From Girardia tigrina (Eukaryota), in the NCBI GenBank assembly GCA_001938485.1, contig MQRK01178878.1, forward strand, positions 1-64,000: a stretch of 64,000 nt of DNA, given 5' to 3'. This document shows positions 10,657 through 23,589 of the stretch, piece by piece. The first letter of the stretch is position 1. Each line of letters starts with the position of its first letter. Below the pieces are notes generated by a model. It worked only from the letters and a program-made list of their open reading frames with translations, was not told where the DNA came from and did not search any database. The position numbers and the translations under genes were made by a program.

Positions 10657-13600
10657 CTCACCGGTGCTTTGATATCGATGTGCCAGTGTTCTTTTGTACC
10701 TTTATTGAATATTTGTAAGTCAACTCTGCTTTTCGAGTCAGACCACGCGCACTCACGGTCTTTAATTATTTTTAAGATGGATTTTATTTTACAGAGACAC
10801 AAGACATGTATCTATGTCTCCGTACCTTTGCCGCACGCTCAGCAGAGTGTTTCATTGCGTGGTTTTCTCGGATTTTAATTTGTTGGGAGATAGTCTGTTT
10901 TGTCACAGTGAAAGAATTTTCATTCTTCATTTGTAATTTTTTCACTATACATGACATCAACAGTACCTTTGTTGTCTGTAATTGCAACTGCAGAGATTCC
11001 AGCCACCGTTTTTTTACTCTACTTTATGAATTTTAGTTTTGCATACAAACGACGGGACTGGGAGGAGATTTAGTGTAAGGGAGTTTTAGATATCAAAACC
11101 GATTCCATATTGATCTTTAAACAGATTCCAAGTTTGCTCGTGGTGAATCTTGCTCGCAACCCAAGAGAATCGAGGTATTTACTTGAGTTACGAATTTTTG
11201 TCCATCACTATTTGTATCCGTTCTCTCTGTCGCCTTGATTTAACCAGTCTAGGCAATCAGAGACTATCCAGTCTCTATCTGTTTTTCTGTACTTATCTAG
11301 AGTTTTTGCTAAATTAATTAGTGTTAATTCCTGAGATGTCGAGTCCGAACAAGTGAGATTTCAAAATACTTGCACTATCGATTGCATTGCATATTCGACT
11401 CTCACTGACAAATTCAAATCCTCCAAGAGCCTTATCTGCGTAAAAGTATTCAGTGGAGGAGTTCTTGGCTGTGCCACATATTTGTTTCAATATTCGTCGG
11501 AGTTCGACGTCCAGGTTGCTCTTAAAAACTGACTTTTTCTTTAAGTAATGCATGCAGTTTGTTAGTTCCCGAAGAGTAAAACATGGATTTGTATTAAAGG
11601 ATTTGCAAAATGTGGATACATCTACACTCACACACCTTTAAACAATTTACACAAATATAAAGATATCTTAATAAAAAAACTTAATTAATATTCTTTGACA
11701 GTTTTAAAAGTTTAAACTGCATTAATTTGCAAAACAAAATAATTTCTAAATAGTTTGACTTGGTAGATTATCGCAAATTCTAAAGAATAATTATGATTAT
11801 CAAAAAAATTAAGAAAAATGCATATTTTAAAGAAATATAAATACTTGCCTTCAGGTAATATTTTATTTGTAATTTTTCAATACAAATGCCCAACAACTGG
11901 TACACAAAACAATTAGTGTTCTTTTTTCACAATGTAATATCCGTACAATAAACTTTAAAAAAATGAGTTAAGTCCTTTAAATGGTACTTACCTCACCTTG
12001 AGTTTTAATTTTATAGTGAAATAACCCTGAAAAAACTAAGACAGGAAAATAAAATAAGTTTGCTCTATCATTAACGTTCTGCACAGTAGTTAATCAAAAT
12101 TCTTACATTACTTTATTTACTAATTAAGTACACTTTATGATATTCAACTGTCTGTAGTTCGACAACAATTGAATATAGACATATGGTCTATAGAAGAAAA
12201 AGTTCTTAGATTTAAGTCTATTTTCGAAAAATGCAAAAATATGTAGGGCATTTCAATTGAAAAAAATGTTTTTTTGGTACTCCGTGTATAAGGAAATATA
12301 CCTTGGTGTAAAATAACATTTAATTTCTTAAAACTTTTGTAAAAAAGTTTTTTCTATGAACTTTAGTTTTCAAAATATTTAGCCGTCCCTATACTTTTGG
12401 ATCACCCTGTATAAAAAGGATATTTCTAAACAGCATTTATTAAGTACTTTCTAAAAATTAAATAATTTATAACAGTTTCATTCCAAAACACTACATTTTT
12501 GGCCATAACGATTTTTCTATCCTGTTTATTTCTACCAAAAATTTTGGTAACGTCCTTAATCATATTCTTAAGCTGCATGCCAAATGTAATTGTTCTATGA
12601 TAAAATATTTTTGACATAATTGACAACAGACAGAATGTTGTGAGCTTTTACTTAAGAAAGAGTAAACGTTCTATATGAAATATTTGTGTATTTTCTTATA
12701 TCTCTAAACAAAATAAGTTCTGTAGAATATGGACTTATAGCTCATTATATTATTGAACTCTTGTGAAAGTTAATAATTAAATAAGGAAACGTTTGAAACC
12801 GATAAAATTTGAGTTTTCTTTGCCAAAGCCCTCACTACCGTTATAATGGTTTATGTTTAAATTTGAGACTCAACGGTAAGGGGGTTATTTTAATGCAAAA
12901 AAGCACAGAACAAAAATGTTGACATAAAAAATGTTTATAAATCGTCAAAATCTCCTTCAGACAAATGATCAAATGGGTTCTGCTGAGCTTGAGCCTCTTG
13001 TTTCATTGCATAAAACTCAGGTAGGTTTGGAGGATACGATGAATCCAGGGGGCAGAGGTAATTAGCCTTTTTACCACCCCCGGATCCGCCCTTGACTTTG
13101 ATTGAATAATGAAAAATAATATCGAGAATTTGACAACTTCGACTTTCTCTAGAAGCAGTCATCCGATCGTTTAAATTAACGATAACTCTTTCAAAGACAT
13201 CCCTGTCGATTTGTTTATTACCCGTTGAATTTCCCTCTTCAGTTTGGCAATCGTTTGAGGTTTGTACACATAAATTTGGGACTTCACATATTTCCATACA
13301 AAGAAGTCCCAAGATGTGAGGTCACATAACCGGAGGCTATTCTTGGTCGCAGCCGTGAAGCGAGATCAGACGCTAAGCGAATTTTATAAGAGATCACTGT
13401 TTCTCGTAGTCGTGCGCAAGTAGTCTTGTCCTGTTGAAACCCCATTTTATCAAATCCGTTATCCTCCATTTCTTTTTGCATACTTTCACTTTTTCACTTA
13501 CATTACGTATACGTAAAAAAATTATTTTTGGTTTGCGACGCATTTTTACCTTTGCGGTAGTAATGAAGCATCTAACATCGAAAAAAAGGTTTATTGTTTT

Positions 13601-14987
13601 CCATTTTTACGCCCACACAAAATGATAATGATTTTATTTAATTAAACAAATGTTATATTAAAACACAACTTGACATTTATTTTAATTATTCTATTTTAAT
13701 AATAAATTCATTAAAAAAATTGTATTCAATTATATTTAATAAAAAAACATTATTAAAAAAATAATCAATTATTTTAAATTAAACATAAAATATTTTTTTT
13801 CAATTGAAATATTAAATCAACAAAATTTATTTCTTTAAAAATTAAAATACTTGAATAATTATCAGGAAAAAAATCAATTTTCTTTGATTAATAATTTTTT
13901 TGTCTTTTTTATGTTTAATATTAATAGCAAAAAAGAACAATTCCACCCTTGTAAAATAGAATTTTCAAACAGAAACATTTTTCAAAAACCTTTTGAAGCA
14001 TCAATTAACATAAAAACGGTAAATTAACTCAATATATCATTTTAAAAACATTTAACCACAAATGCATTTAAATTAATCAATTAAATTTCTTTTAATAAAA
14101 TAAAATTATTGAAGAGATTTTCAAAAAATACAAAAGATAATCCATAATAAACATTTTAAAATAACTTTTAATTGATTTTGTATATCCCAAGAGAGGGAAC
14201 TCATGAATGGAATATGGAAATAAACTTCATGACTTTTAAAAGCAAAATATAACTTACAACAATGAATTAAGTCTGATAACAATTTAATTGAGGATTTTAT
14301 GTAGCAATTTTGATTTTATATTTTATATTATTATTTTTTTATCAAAAAAAATAATAAATAATTTATTTCAACAAATTCAAACACCGATATGTTTGTTGTT
14401 TTTGTGCTGCAAAAAAATAAATAAATCTTTTATTATTTAATTAAAATAATTAAGCGGTTTTCTAAATATTGTTCTTGTAAGACGAGTCGGGATTTTTTGA
14501 GTATTAAAAATAATTTTTTTGAAAAAAATGTTTTTTTTCGAGAATTCTTAATAAAATTCTAAAAGGAAAATGGTTGGGAAAAATCAAATTTAATTGAAAT
14601 TATTACAAAAGACGTAAAAAGAACGGAATAAGGAAAAGGGAAATTAAAGACTTACAACAGTCAGTAACCAATGAGATTTACAATTTGGAGAGGGAAAAGG
14701 AAGGAGAACTATTTGTAATATGTGTATTTAAGATGACATTTACTGCATAATAACAAAAAATATTTTCTATGGGAAACGAATTTCCGTAAATATTTAATAT
14801 TTTTTTAATCAAATAATTTTCAAAAATTAATAATTATTTTTTTTCTTTTGTAATTTATATGGTAACAAATTAGTTTCGCAATTCCTCAACTACTACTAGC
14901 TCAAAATCATTATTTAATGTAAGTAAATTACATTTCGGAACACTAAAATGATTTCCAATACTTTAATTGACATCACAACCTCCATGA

Positions 14988-15290
14988 CAATTCTCCACAA
15001 ACCTTTCGTAGTTAGACATCGTTCTTGATTGTTAAATTTTTAATGTTATTTCTAAACCTTTAATTATTCGAAAAAAATATAAATTACAATTTCTTACTAA
15101 AATAATTTCAAATTATTTTCTATTAAGAACATTAATTGGATTTTCTTTTTTTTCTTTCTTTTGAATAATCGAATTGTCACTAGAACAATTCTCCGTAAAC
15201 TTGCGTAGCTCGTCATCGTTCTTGATTGATAATCTTTAATAATATTCTTTAACGTCTTATTATTCAAACAAATTTAAATTACAATTTAAT
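14988..15290. repeat. Diverged direct duplication (about 100-bp similar blocks, about 198-bp period)
   Basis: ACAATTCTCC..AAAC.T.CGTAG.T...CATCGTTCTTGATTG at about 14988 and 15186. Confidence 0.6.
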
Positions 15291-15314
15291 TATTACAAAA
15301 ATAATTTATTTTAA

Positions 15315-17300
15315 TTTGTGAGTTTCATCCTTTATTCGTATATTTATGGCATCTTTAATTGTTCTGAATTGTCGCTCCACGATCCCGTTGGTATTGTGGT
15401 AGGGGCTGGAATATACTATTTCAGCTTTAAACTTATTCAATGTGTCTTTAAAAAGTGCTGATTCGAATGTTTTTCCTCTATCGACATGGATTTCTTTTGG
15501 TGGTCCGAATTTCCAAATTCATTTGTCTAGTAATACTTTTCTTACGGTTTTCTCGTCTTGATGGGCAACGGCATTTAAACTTATGTATCTGCTAAATTGA
15601 TCGATTATCGCTAGTATGTATTGATATCCATTAATATTCCTTTTAAAAGGTCCGCAGAAATCCATGTATAGGTTTTGGAAAGGTGTATCTGCAAATTATT
15701 TCATGTGCTTCTCTTTTGTTTTCGTTGTTAGGGTCTTTCTCTTCTGACAATTTACACAGCTTTGTACGATTTCCTTTATCGTTTCTCTCATATTATTCAT
15801 ATCAAAGTCATCTTTCAAATAATTATAATCTTTCTTGCTACCAGCGTGACACAGCATCTTGTGTATATCTTCCACAAATTCAGTTCTTTTGATTGTCGGG
15901 ATCCAGTATTTATTATCCATTGTCGTCACGATATCATATTTCAGTACACACTTCTTTGTTTTCTCAGTTCTGATATCTCCTATAATTTGGTTTATCTCAT
16001 CATTATCTTTCTATCATCTGAATTCTTTTGATTCATCGTCAATGGCTAAGATTCTTGTTTTAATTTTTCCTTTCTTAGCTTCTTCGTGCATCCTCTGACA
16101 TTGTACACACATTTAGCAGGAATTCCTCGACATTGCATCGGCTTTAGAGTGTTTTTCGCCTTTTCGGTATTCCGTTTTCATATATAACCGACTAAGAAAA
16201 TTTATCCAAATTTGAAACTGTGGGGTTATTGGATTCTTTGTCGTCAACATAAATGTGATGACTTTGTGATCTGTTCTTAATAATTTCTTTTTGCTGTAAA
16301 GATAATGTTTAAGGTGTTGCGTAAAATAGTAGATTGCCAGCAGTTCCTTTCTCGTAATACAGTATCCCAATTAATGCTTGTACACTTTATGGGATCCATA
16401 TGCAATCACTCTTTTTCTTCCATATATATCTTTCTGAGATATCACTGCTCCAATGGTATCAAAGCTGGCGTCTGTATCCAATATGAACTCATTTTCAAAA
16501 TCTGGATATGCTAGTATTGGTGTTTTGATCATTTTTTTCCTTTAATTTCTGAAATGCCTCGTTACACTCTTCCGTCCATATTATTTTTTATCTTTATTCT
16601 TTCCACACAGCCCTTCCAATACTTTTGAATATTTTGCGTAGTCTTTAAGAAATTTTCTGTAATAGTTTGTTAAACCCAAAAAAACTTCTTAAGTGCTTAA
16701 CACATGAAGGGTTCTGAAACTTTCTAATCGCATCGATCTTTGTCTGGTCTGTTTCTATGTCATCTTTGCTGATCACGTATCCTAAAAACTTTGACCTTTC
16801 AACCAAGAAGTGGCATTTCTCAGGGTTTATTCTTAGACCAGATTCCTTTATTTTACTAAATACATGTTCAATTCTTTTTATCTTTCGCAAAAATTAAAAT
16901 ATCGTACAAATATACAACTGCCTCTTTCCAGTTCAATTCGCCAAAAACTTTTACCATTAGTTTTTGGAACGTTGCTGGTGCCGCGCAATTCCGAACGGCA
17001 TTCTCTTGAAACAGTATTGACCATTCTTTGTTGAAAATGCTGTTTTGATTTTTGATTCATCTTCCAGCTCTACTTGATGGTATGCGCTTCCCAGGTTGAT
17101 CGTTCTAAAGTACTTTGCTCCACTTAGTGTGTTCAGCATCTCTTCTACATTTGGCATTGGAAAAACAGGTCTGACCGTGATTTGTTTAATTTTGAAAATC
17201 TACGCACACTCTTATGTCCTGTTTCTCCTTTTTCAAAACATATACCAGAGGGAAATTCCGCGGGAACTGCACTTTTCGATAATATCGTTTTCTTCATGGG
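15315..17300 (-). mobile_element. Ty3/Gypsy pol remnant (RT-RNaseH-integrase)
   Basis: RVCVDF, SGAKYF..INLGSAYHQV..KTAF..RMPFG, degenerate YLDD (YLYD), DTDAS, KELLAI, HHCC (H..H..CVNCQ), MDFCGPF, HVDRG and NGIVER, in Gypsy domain order. Many stops and frameshifts. Confidence 0.9.
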
Positions 17301-17657
17301 TGGGAGAAACACAATCCTAAAACAACATACTAAACAACACACAATAAACACCATTCAAAAAATATTCACAAAAATATTCAAATTATTTTCAAAACTATTT
17401 TTAATTCCTTTTAAATATATTATTTATGATTAAATAAATCTTTAAGTTATAATCCATTTTTAAAATATTATCACATATTTATTGATTAAAATATATTATC
17501 CTAAAAAACTCCAAATATAATAAATTAATTTTAAAGTTGTTATTTACATTTCAAAATTGTTCGAATAATTCAACTGTTCAAAACATTCAAAATATCAATT
17601 TTCCATCAGTGAGGAAGAATCACAAAATACAATAAACACCAAAAAATATTCCTCACA
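17298..17657 (-). repeat. Probable LTR fragments upstream of the Gypsy pol (TGTGAGGAATAT family)
   Basis: Minus strand begins TGTGAGGAATAT at 17657; the family motif CTCCCACCC is fused directly to RT sequence, implying an internal deletion. Confidence 0.5.
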
Positions 17658-18364
17658 ACTATAAAGAGAAAATTATTGTTGTTATGGTTCCTTTTATTTT
17701 TCTTAAGAATTTTCTGAATATTTTTTGATAATGATCATCATCTAAAGAGCCTAGAAGCTCAATTCCATAGAAAAAGAATGATTTGCATATTATTCTTACA
17801 TTATCGGTCGTGAAGATTAAGGTGTTCATACATTTATAAATCTGTTTAACAATTGTAGCGCTACTTTTTCAAATATTTTTATCAAAATAATTTAATCTTT
17901 TTTATTGTCTATTTTAGATTTTTAATCATCTTTTTTTTAAGAACAATCAAAGAATTAATGTAAAAATTATTTTATTTTATAATGAAAATTTGTCAAATGG
18001 TTAATTACACATTTTCATTTTTAGTGTTTTTTATACAATTTAGGCGTGCTGATTCTAGTTGTCTTAAAAAATAAATGTTTATTTAATAAATGGCGTATTT
18101 TTGTTTTTAAAAATAAGTTGTCACCATATGATATTATAGCCCAAACTATTTTTTCCAATTTATTTTGACTAATTTGATCATATTATTCATTGATTTCTAA
18201 AAAAAGGTTATTGTAAAATAATAACTAGGACATATTTTGGGTTATAATATTACATGGATTACTGAAATAAAAGAAATCGTGTTGAAAGGGTATGCTCTGG
18301 GACAATATCTCCCAACAGTGTAGAAAGGGTTAAATTATTTTTTTCATAATAATGTTATTTAATG

Positions 18365-18822
18365 TTATTAGCGCAATTTCCATACTGACAATTGCGATTA
18401 TTAATTGATTATTTCTGTGTGGATGGATGGATGGATGTGTGTCCGCAGCTTTAAGTTGTATCTCCTCCTCAACGAAGCAATATCGAGGGCTAGTTCCAAA
18501 AGTAAATATGTTAAGCAAGTTTGGAGGATGATTGTGGGCCAAAAAAATTCCTGGAATTCCTTCCTGGATTTCCCGGAAAAGCCAAAAAACCTCGAAAAAA
18601 TGCAGTTTTTGGCCTATATCTCGGCAACCAGACCACTTAGCGACTTGAAACATTTACCAATCGATTCCTGCAATAATTTAGAACAATATTGCCGAAGAAA
18701 GTTTTCAAAAATATCCTTTCGTTCGGTCACAAAAAAATAATCATAGTCAAATACTGATATAAACGTTTTAATATTTGGGCACCGAATAACATAAGGAAAT
18801 TGCGCTTAAATTGTCACTAGAC
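18365..18822 (+). mobile_element. Helentron-associated non-autonomous element (HINE/DINE-1-like)
   Basis: 12-bp subterminal inverted repeats AGCGCAATTTCC (18370) / GGAAATTGCGCT (18795); partial inverted repeat AATTGCG at 18390; (GGAT)n microsatellite; 3' CTAG followed by a T run. Confidence 0.7.
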
Positions 18823-19354
18823 TTTTTTTTAACTTGCTTTTTATTGTTATATTGTAAAAATACATATGTAAATATAAATATCCCTTTTCTATAAACTTTT
18901 TTTTGAATATAAAAAACAATGTAATTAATTATGTTAATTAAGTTTCGGAATTTTTTTAATATGAATATCAGAGAATATATAATCCTTTTACACATTTAAG
19001 GAAATAATGAGTATTTGTATCCTTGTAATTCAGAATCTACTACTCAATCTCAGACTCTGAAGCTCCTAGGGATATATACTTCTTCAGGTACAGTTGAAAA
19101 CATTTTAATTTATGAACATCATAAAAGAGGAATAGGAAAGGTTCAGAAGACTGTTTTGGAGAAGTATTTTAGAACTCCTTGTCATTTTAACACTTTATAA
19201 ATAAATATTTTTTTAATTATAAAAATACTTTATAATCAGAACAAGTAATCTAGTTAGGGGTTGAAATACCATACCAAAGGGTTTATCGGGTTGGATTGAA
19301 TTTATTTGTTAAACTATTTATTGTTCAACTAAACTTACTCATTACTCCTCAGCT

Positions 19355-22300
19355 CAGGGCCTTTTTAAAGAAATTTTCACTGGGGGGGGGGGACAAGCAA
19401 TCTGGAATGGTTATGTGCCGAAATACGGTAACTTTTTTATCTTGGATGAAAATAGTTATTTTACCTTGATTTTTATAATGAATTTTCCTATTTCAAACAG
19501 TTTCTTCTATCAAGTGTTCTTAGATTTAAAAGAAAATACTCATGTCACTTGATCATAACATTTTATGATCAGTTCAACACGAGTTATATTACATAACACT
19601 TCATTACATGTTACTTTTAAAAATAGAATTGTCAACAAAGTCGTTTTCTGAATAAATATCCAGGGTTGGGTTTCTTTCTCGTCTTTCTTTCACTCAATAT
19701 AATTCTACCACAGCACTGCGAGGATCAAATTGGCAGGTCCCCTTTCAATTCATTGCGATGATCATGCAAAAGTTGGCTGTCTCGGCTGAGGTGCTCGACC
19801 GATGGGCTGAAACGTTAGGAAGTATGCTGTGAAAAGTGAGTGTTACCGAAGACGATATAACTTTTAAAAGTACACCGCTGCAGCGCTGTAGAAAGATTTT
19901 CAACTTCAAAAAAAGGGTAGAGCATTTATTGGCCATTGCTTAACACACTCATCTGCAAAGCGCTGGATTTCGTCTGAAAACAAATGTCATGATATTTTTA
20001 CTCCTGCATTTATAAGTGTTTCGAGTCCTGCTGTTTGCAAAAGAGTTACTATGCCTTGGACAACTTCTTCTTATTCCATATAAAACCGCTCTCCAAGATA
20101 ATTCTGTGCTGATTATCCGATTTCGAGGAGCACCACATCATAATTTCTTATAGTTGTCTAATTCGTGTTAACAGCTCTTAAAATGAGTCTCAGTTTCCTG
20201 GGGCTGCAGTTTCTTTTCCTCTCCCACAAGATAGGGGGCCCTGAATATAGGGTCTAATTTACAAAGTGCCTGTGAGGAATATTTTAAATGTTTGATGTTT
20301 TGTGTTTGAATGCTGTATGTTGATTTGGAATTGGGTCTCTCCTACCCAGATGGATGATTAATATTTGAATTCTTATTATCTAAAAATATGTAATGTTTAA
20401 ATTTATTTTTAATTTCAAATAATTTTAAAATTTTTAATAAGTTAAATAATTTTTACAATTTTTATTAAATAAATCAAATTAATATATTTTTAAATAATTA
20501 ATAATCATTAAAATTTTTATCTAATAAGTTTTGAGTAAATATTTTAATAAATTATTTATTTCTCAATTTGCTAAAAAAATAATAAGAATTAATTCATTAA
20601 TCAATTTAGTTTAGCATGCACTCGTACGAAAGTTTTGACAAAGATTGTCTTATGGACAATCCAAATTGTTGTGTAAATAAAAATACGAAAAGTCAAATCG
20701 GCGTTCTAAATAGTGCCGAATCACTATTGCTTATTATCTCTGGTAGAAGCAGGTGGTCATGCTGTAGCTGCTTTTGAAAATTACAAAATATTTTCAAAAC
20801 ATCAACTATGAGACCGTTAAGCGAAACTTGATGCGATTCATATGGCCATTTCTTCAAATATCCCCGTGCTGTAACTCTCTCTGTTTTTGATTAGCCTTTC
20901 ACTTCTGAAAACTTAGAAACTTCCTTGCAGACGTAAAGTTTATGACGAATGGCCGTTAAAAGGTTGACTATATGCTTCGCAAATCGAACTTCGTAATGAG
21001 CAGGGAAATGATTCACCGTTGGTTGAAATTGATGCAGAAGTTTAGCTGTATTTTTAGAATTCCTAAAGAAGGTAGTTAAATACTTGGCATTTTTAATCCG
21101 AATACACAGCTACAAAACACCTCCTACAGTGCTTTTAAAAGCTAGGTCACTTTTGTGAACAGAACACCAAAGCCCCAATAGATCATTATGTAACCAGTTA
21201 TTCATAAGCTTCCAGAGCTCCCTTGTTAATCCTGTATTTGCGCTTTCGCCATTTGTTGTAACATCAATCAGCTTGAAAGTTGGTGCAACCATGGTCTTAG
21301 TGGCATGCTGAGTGGCTTACAGCAGTCGAAGAGCTCCAATCTGTTGCGGGTCGTTGAAGATTTTGAAGACGTTCTTTACTTCACGCTCTTTTGTTATTAT
21401 TCTTGCAGAGACTTACTTGTAATCCACCATTTGCAGATTAACGCTCCTATCAACTTGTACTACGTAAGCAACACAATCATGTAGCTCACGAGTGAGTTCC
21501 TTCTGAACTTCTCCAGTAACTATGAGTAGTATTTCTCGATAGCAGTTTAGGTCTTTGTAATGTAATGTCAATGAGGGAGGTTGAAATTCCTCCAATGGGG
21601 AATTCATTTCTGTCGTATACACCAACTTCACAACATTAAAAAAATTATTTGAAATTCAAAAACTAAATTAATAAATTCATAAAAATCTAAAACTACATTA
21701 ACAATTAATAAAAAAAATTTAAAATTAAATTAAAATTCATAAAATTCGAGATTCATAAAAAATAAAGGATCAATTTGATTCTACATCGTGTATAAATAAA
21801 CGTTTATCGAAAATTATCATTCTCATTTAATACTACATCGAAAAGACCAGCGAGACAGAGCGATCGACCTGGCGATTGAATAAATCGACTGTTACGCAGA
21901 TTAAAATTACATCTGGGACAAGTCAGGTTAAACATAAACTGTTATAGTGTAATTGGTTGTACGATTTAGATTCCGGTCATCTGGTAGCTAACAAATGCAT
22001 TGAACTCGATAAAGTCAACATCATTGCGGACGTGGTTACACACAAAGACCCGTCCGGCAATAACTTCATTCTCGCGAAGACTGTTAATAATTTTGGACCT
22101 GTTTACTTGAGTTAGATACCTTGAGGGCAAGATGTTGGCAGAAAGAGTGTTTATCAGATTGTCATTATAAACGTTCTCGGCGAGTTAGATAAGAAACTCC
22201 ACAACTTCCTCACTGTACTTTTCCTAACATTTCATCCAAGGATGATAAGACTTAATTTTCCACTGTAATTCTAAATCTACATATCCTACTGCTGCCTTAT

Positions 22301-22806
22301 GGAAGATTGAGTCAAGGTGATCTATGGCAACGTTTTACAGTTGTATCTGAACGGCAGCCATAAGTCAAGTAAACAGTGCAATTGTAAGCAAACTTGGAAG
22401 CTGCATTCACAAACTTTTTACACATTCAACATTTCACATATTGTGTTTTACACTTCCCTTCAGCATATGCTAACATATATGCTTCAAAGCAGTCATTACT
22501 ATTTTCTACTTACCATTTTACATTCACTTTTCTGTGCTTGTACCTTTACATAGTATTGCGAGAAGTGCTGATAGTGGATTTTTCTGTTGCGAAGGAGCCA
22601 ATGCGTGTATTTGTGATTGATATTCTGCTATAACAGCTAAGTTTAAATCTTCTGTTTTTGCAAAAGCATCAGGCTATGATCACAAAAAATATAAAGGTAG
22701 GTTTAAAAATCAATTTAAAAAAATTGCCCCTTCCCAGTCCACACTTTTGCCTTGGACTGGGGGAAGGCATTTTCGGTACCAGTCAATATGTTAAAAAAAG
22801 GCCCTG
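19355..22806 (-). mobile_element. Decayed hAT element
   Basis: TIRs CAGGGCCTTTTT / AAAAAGGCCCTG with perfect TSD CCTCAGCT. Transposase remnants VVQVDRS, TTNGESANTG and WCSVH (CxxH). Confidence 0.88.
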
Positions 22807-23589
22807 CCTCAGCTGCAGAACTCCAGATTTCATCATTATAAACTTGCAATACTTATAATTCGTTTTATGATTCCTATAACATTTAGATCTTCCCTCAACC
22901 AATTCCCATAATAAAAGCCAAATACGAAAGATTAAATTCAATAACCGGAAACAATTTATCAAATTCGGAAGAAGTGAGAATCGATTTCTAAAGTAAAAAA
23001 ATCCCATAACCTTGGGATATTTGCTGATAAATGCTTGGGTTCCTTCTGGGATTTTTACAAAAAGATCTTTCAACCGATGAAGAATAAATTTACTTTTTAA
23101 TTTCTTTTCTATCATTAAATAACAATTTTAAAACATCATATTGACGAAAGCGGAAGTCTTCTGAACAAGTTTATAAAAAATTAAAAGATAAATACTTTAA
23201 ACTAATGCTTTAACGACAAATGATCAAAAACAAAATTATTCCTAATAATCTCTTAAATATTACAATACTTCAAAAATTATCATTGTTATTATTACAACAT
23301 TATCAAATATTATCAAAATAAACACACTTGTTAAAAAATATCACTTATTATAAAATTATATTATATAATATTTTGTTTGCCAAAAGTAAAAGATAACTTC
23401 AATTTCAATCTTTTTTATTCAAGTTTCAATGGAATTCTGAGTTCTTTCAGAAGGATAAGACAACTTTTAAAGGAAAGAAAACACCAATGAGAAAATCAAC
23501 TCAGGTCATAAAATATCTACAAAGAGTAGTGGGTCTACAAATATCAGTATAAATCTATTTTGCATACATCAGGTCTCCATAATATGATC

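Larger units (their letters stand above)
8326..10662 (-). mobile_element. Mutator-like element (Phantom/Rehavkus-type, with subterminal tandem repeats)
   Basis: 9-bp TSD GGTGCTTTG at 8317-8325 and 10663-10671. Inverted arrays of a 15-bp unit GCGACTTTACCGCGG (5 left, 8 right). Single long transposase ORF. Confidence 0.92.
7890..11631 (-). mobile_element. 5'-truncated, decayed restriction-like-endonuclease (R2/NeSL-type) non-LTR retrotransposon, interrupted by a MULE
   Basis: Post-RT motif LDVELRRILKQICG..NSSTEYFY.DKALGG (11314-11631); CCHC knuckle C*ACGKGTET*IHVLCLC (about 10790-10850); RVDL...IDIKAP|YSTLK continuous across the MULE TSD; VGCLGS motif at about 8190. Confidence 0.75.
7787..13094. 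mobile_element. Non-autonomous hAT element carrying nested insertions
   Basis: TIRs CAAGGGCGGATCC / GGATCCGCCCTTG, with perfect 8-bp TSD ACTTTGAT at 7779-7786 and 13095-13102. Confidence 0.85.
7683..13481 (-). mobile_element. Decayed Tc1/mariner maT (DD37D-like) element split by a hAT insertion (pieces 7683-7786 and 13095-13481)
   Basis: TA-AAGGGTGTTTC terminus at 7683. FQQDKTTC and DLTSWDFFVWKYVKSQIYVYKPQTIAKLK motifs at 13100-13450; sequence is continuous across the hAT TSD. Confidence 0.7.
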
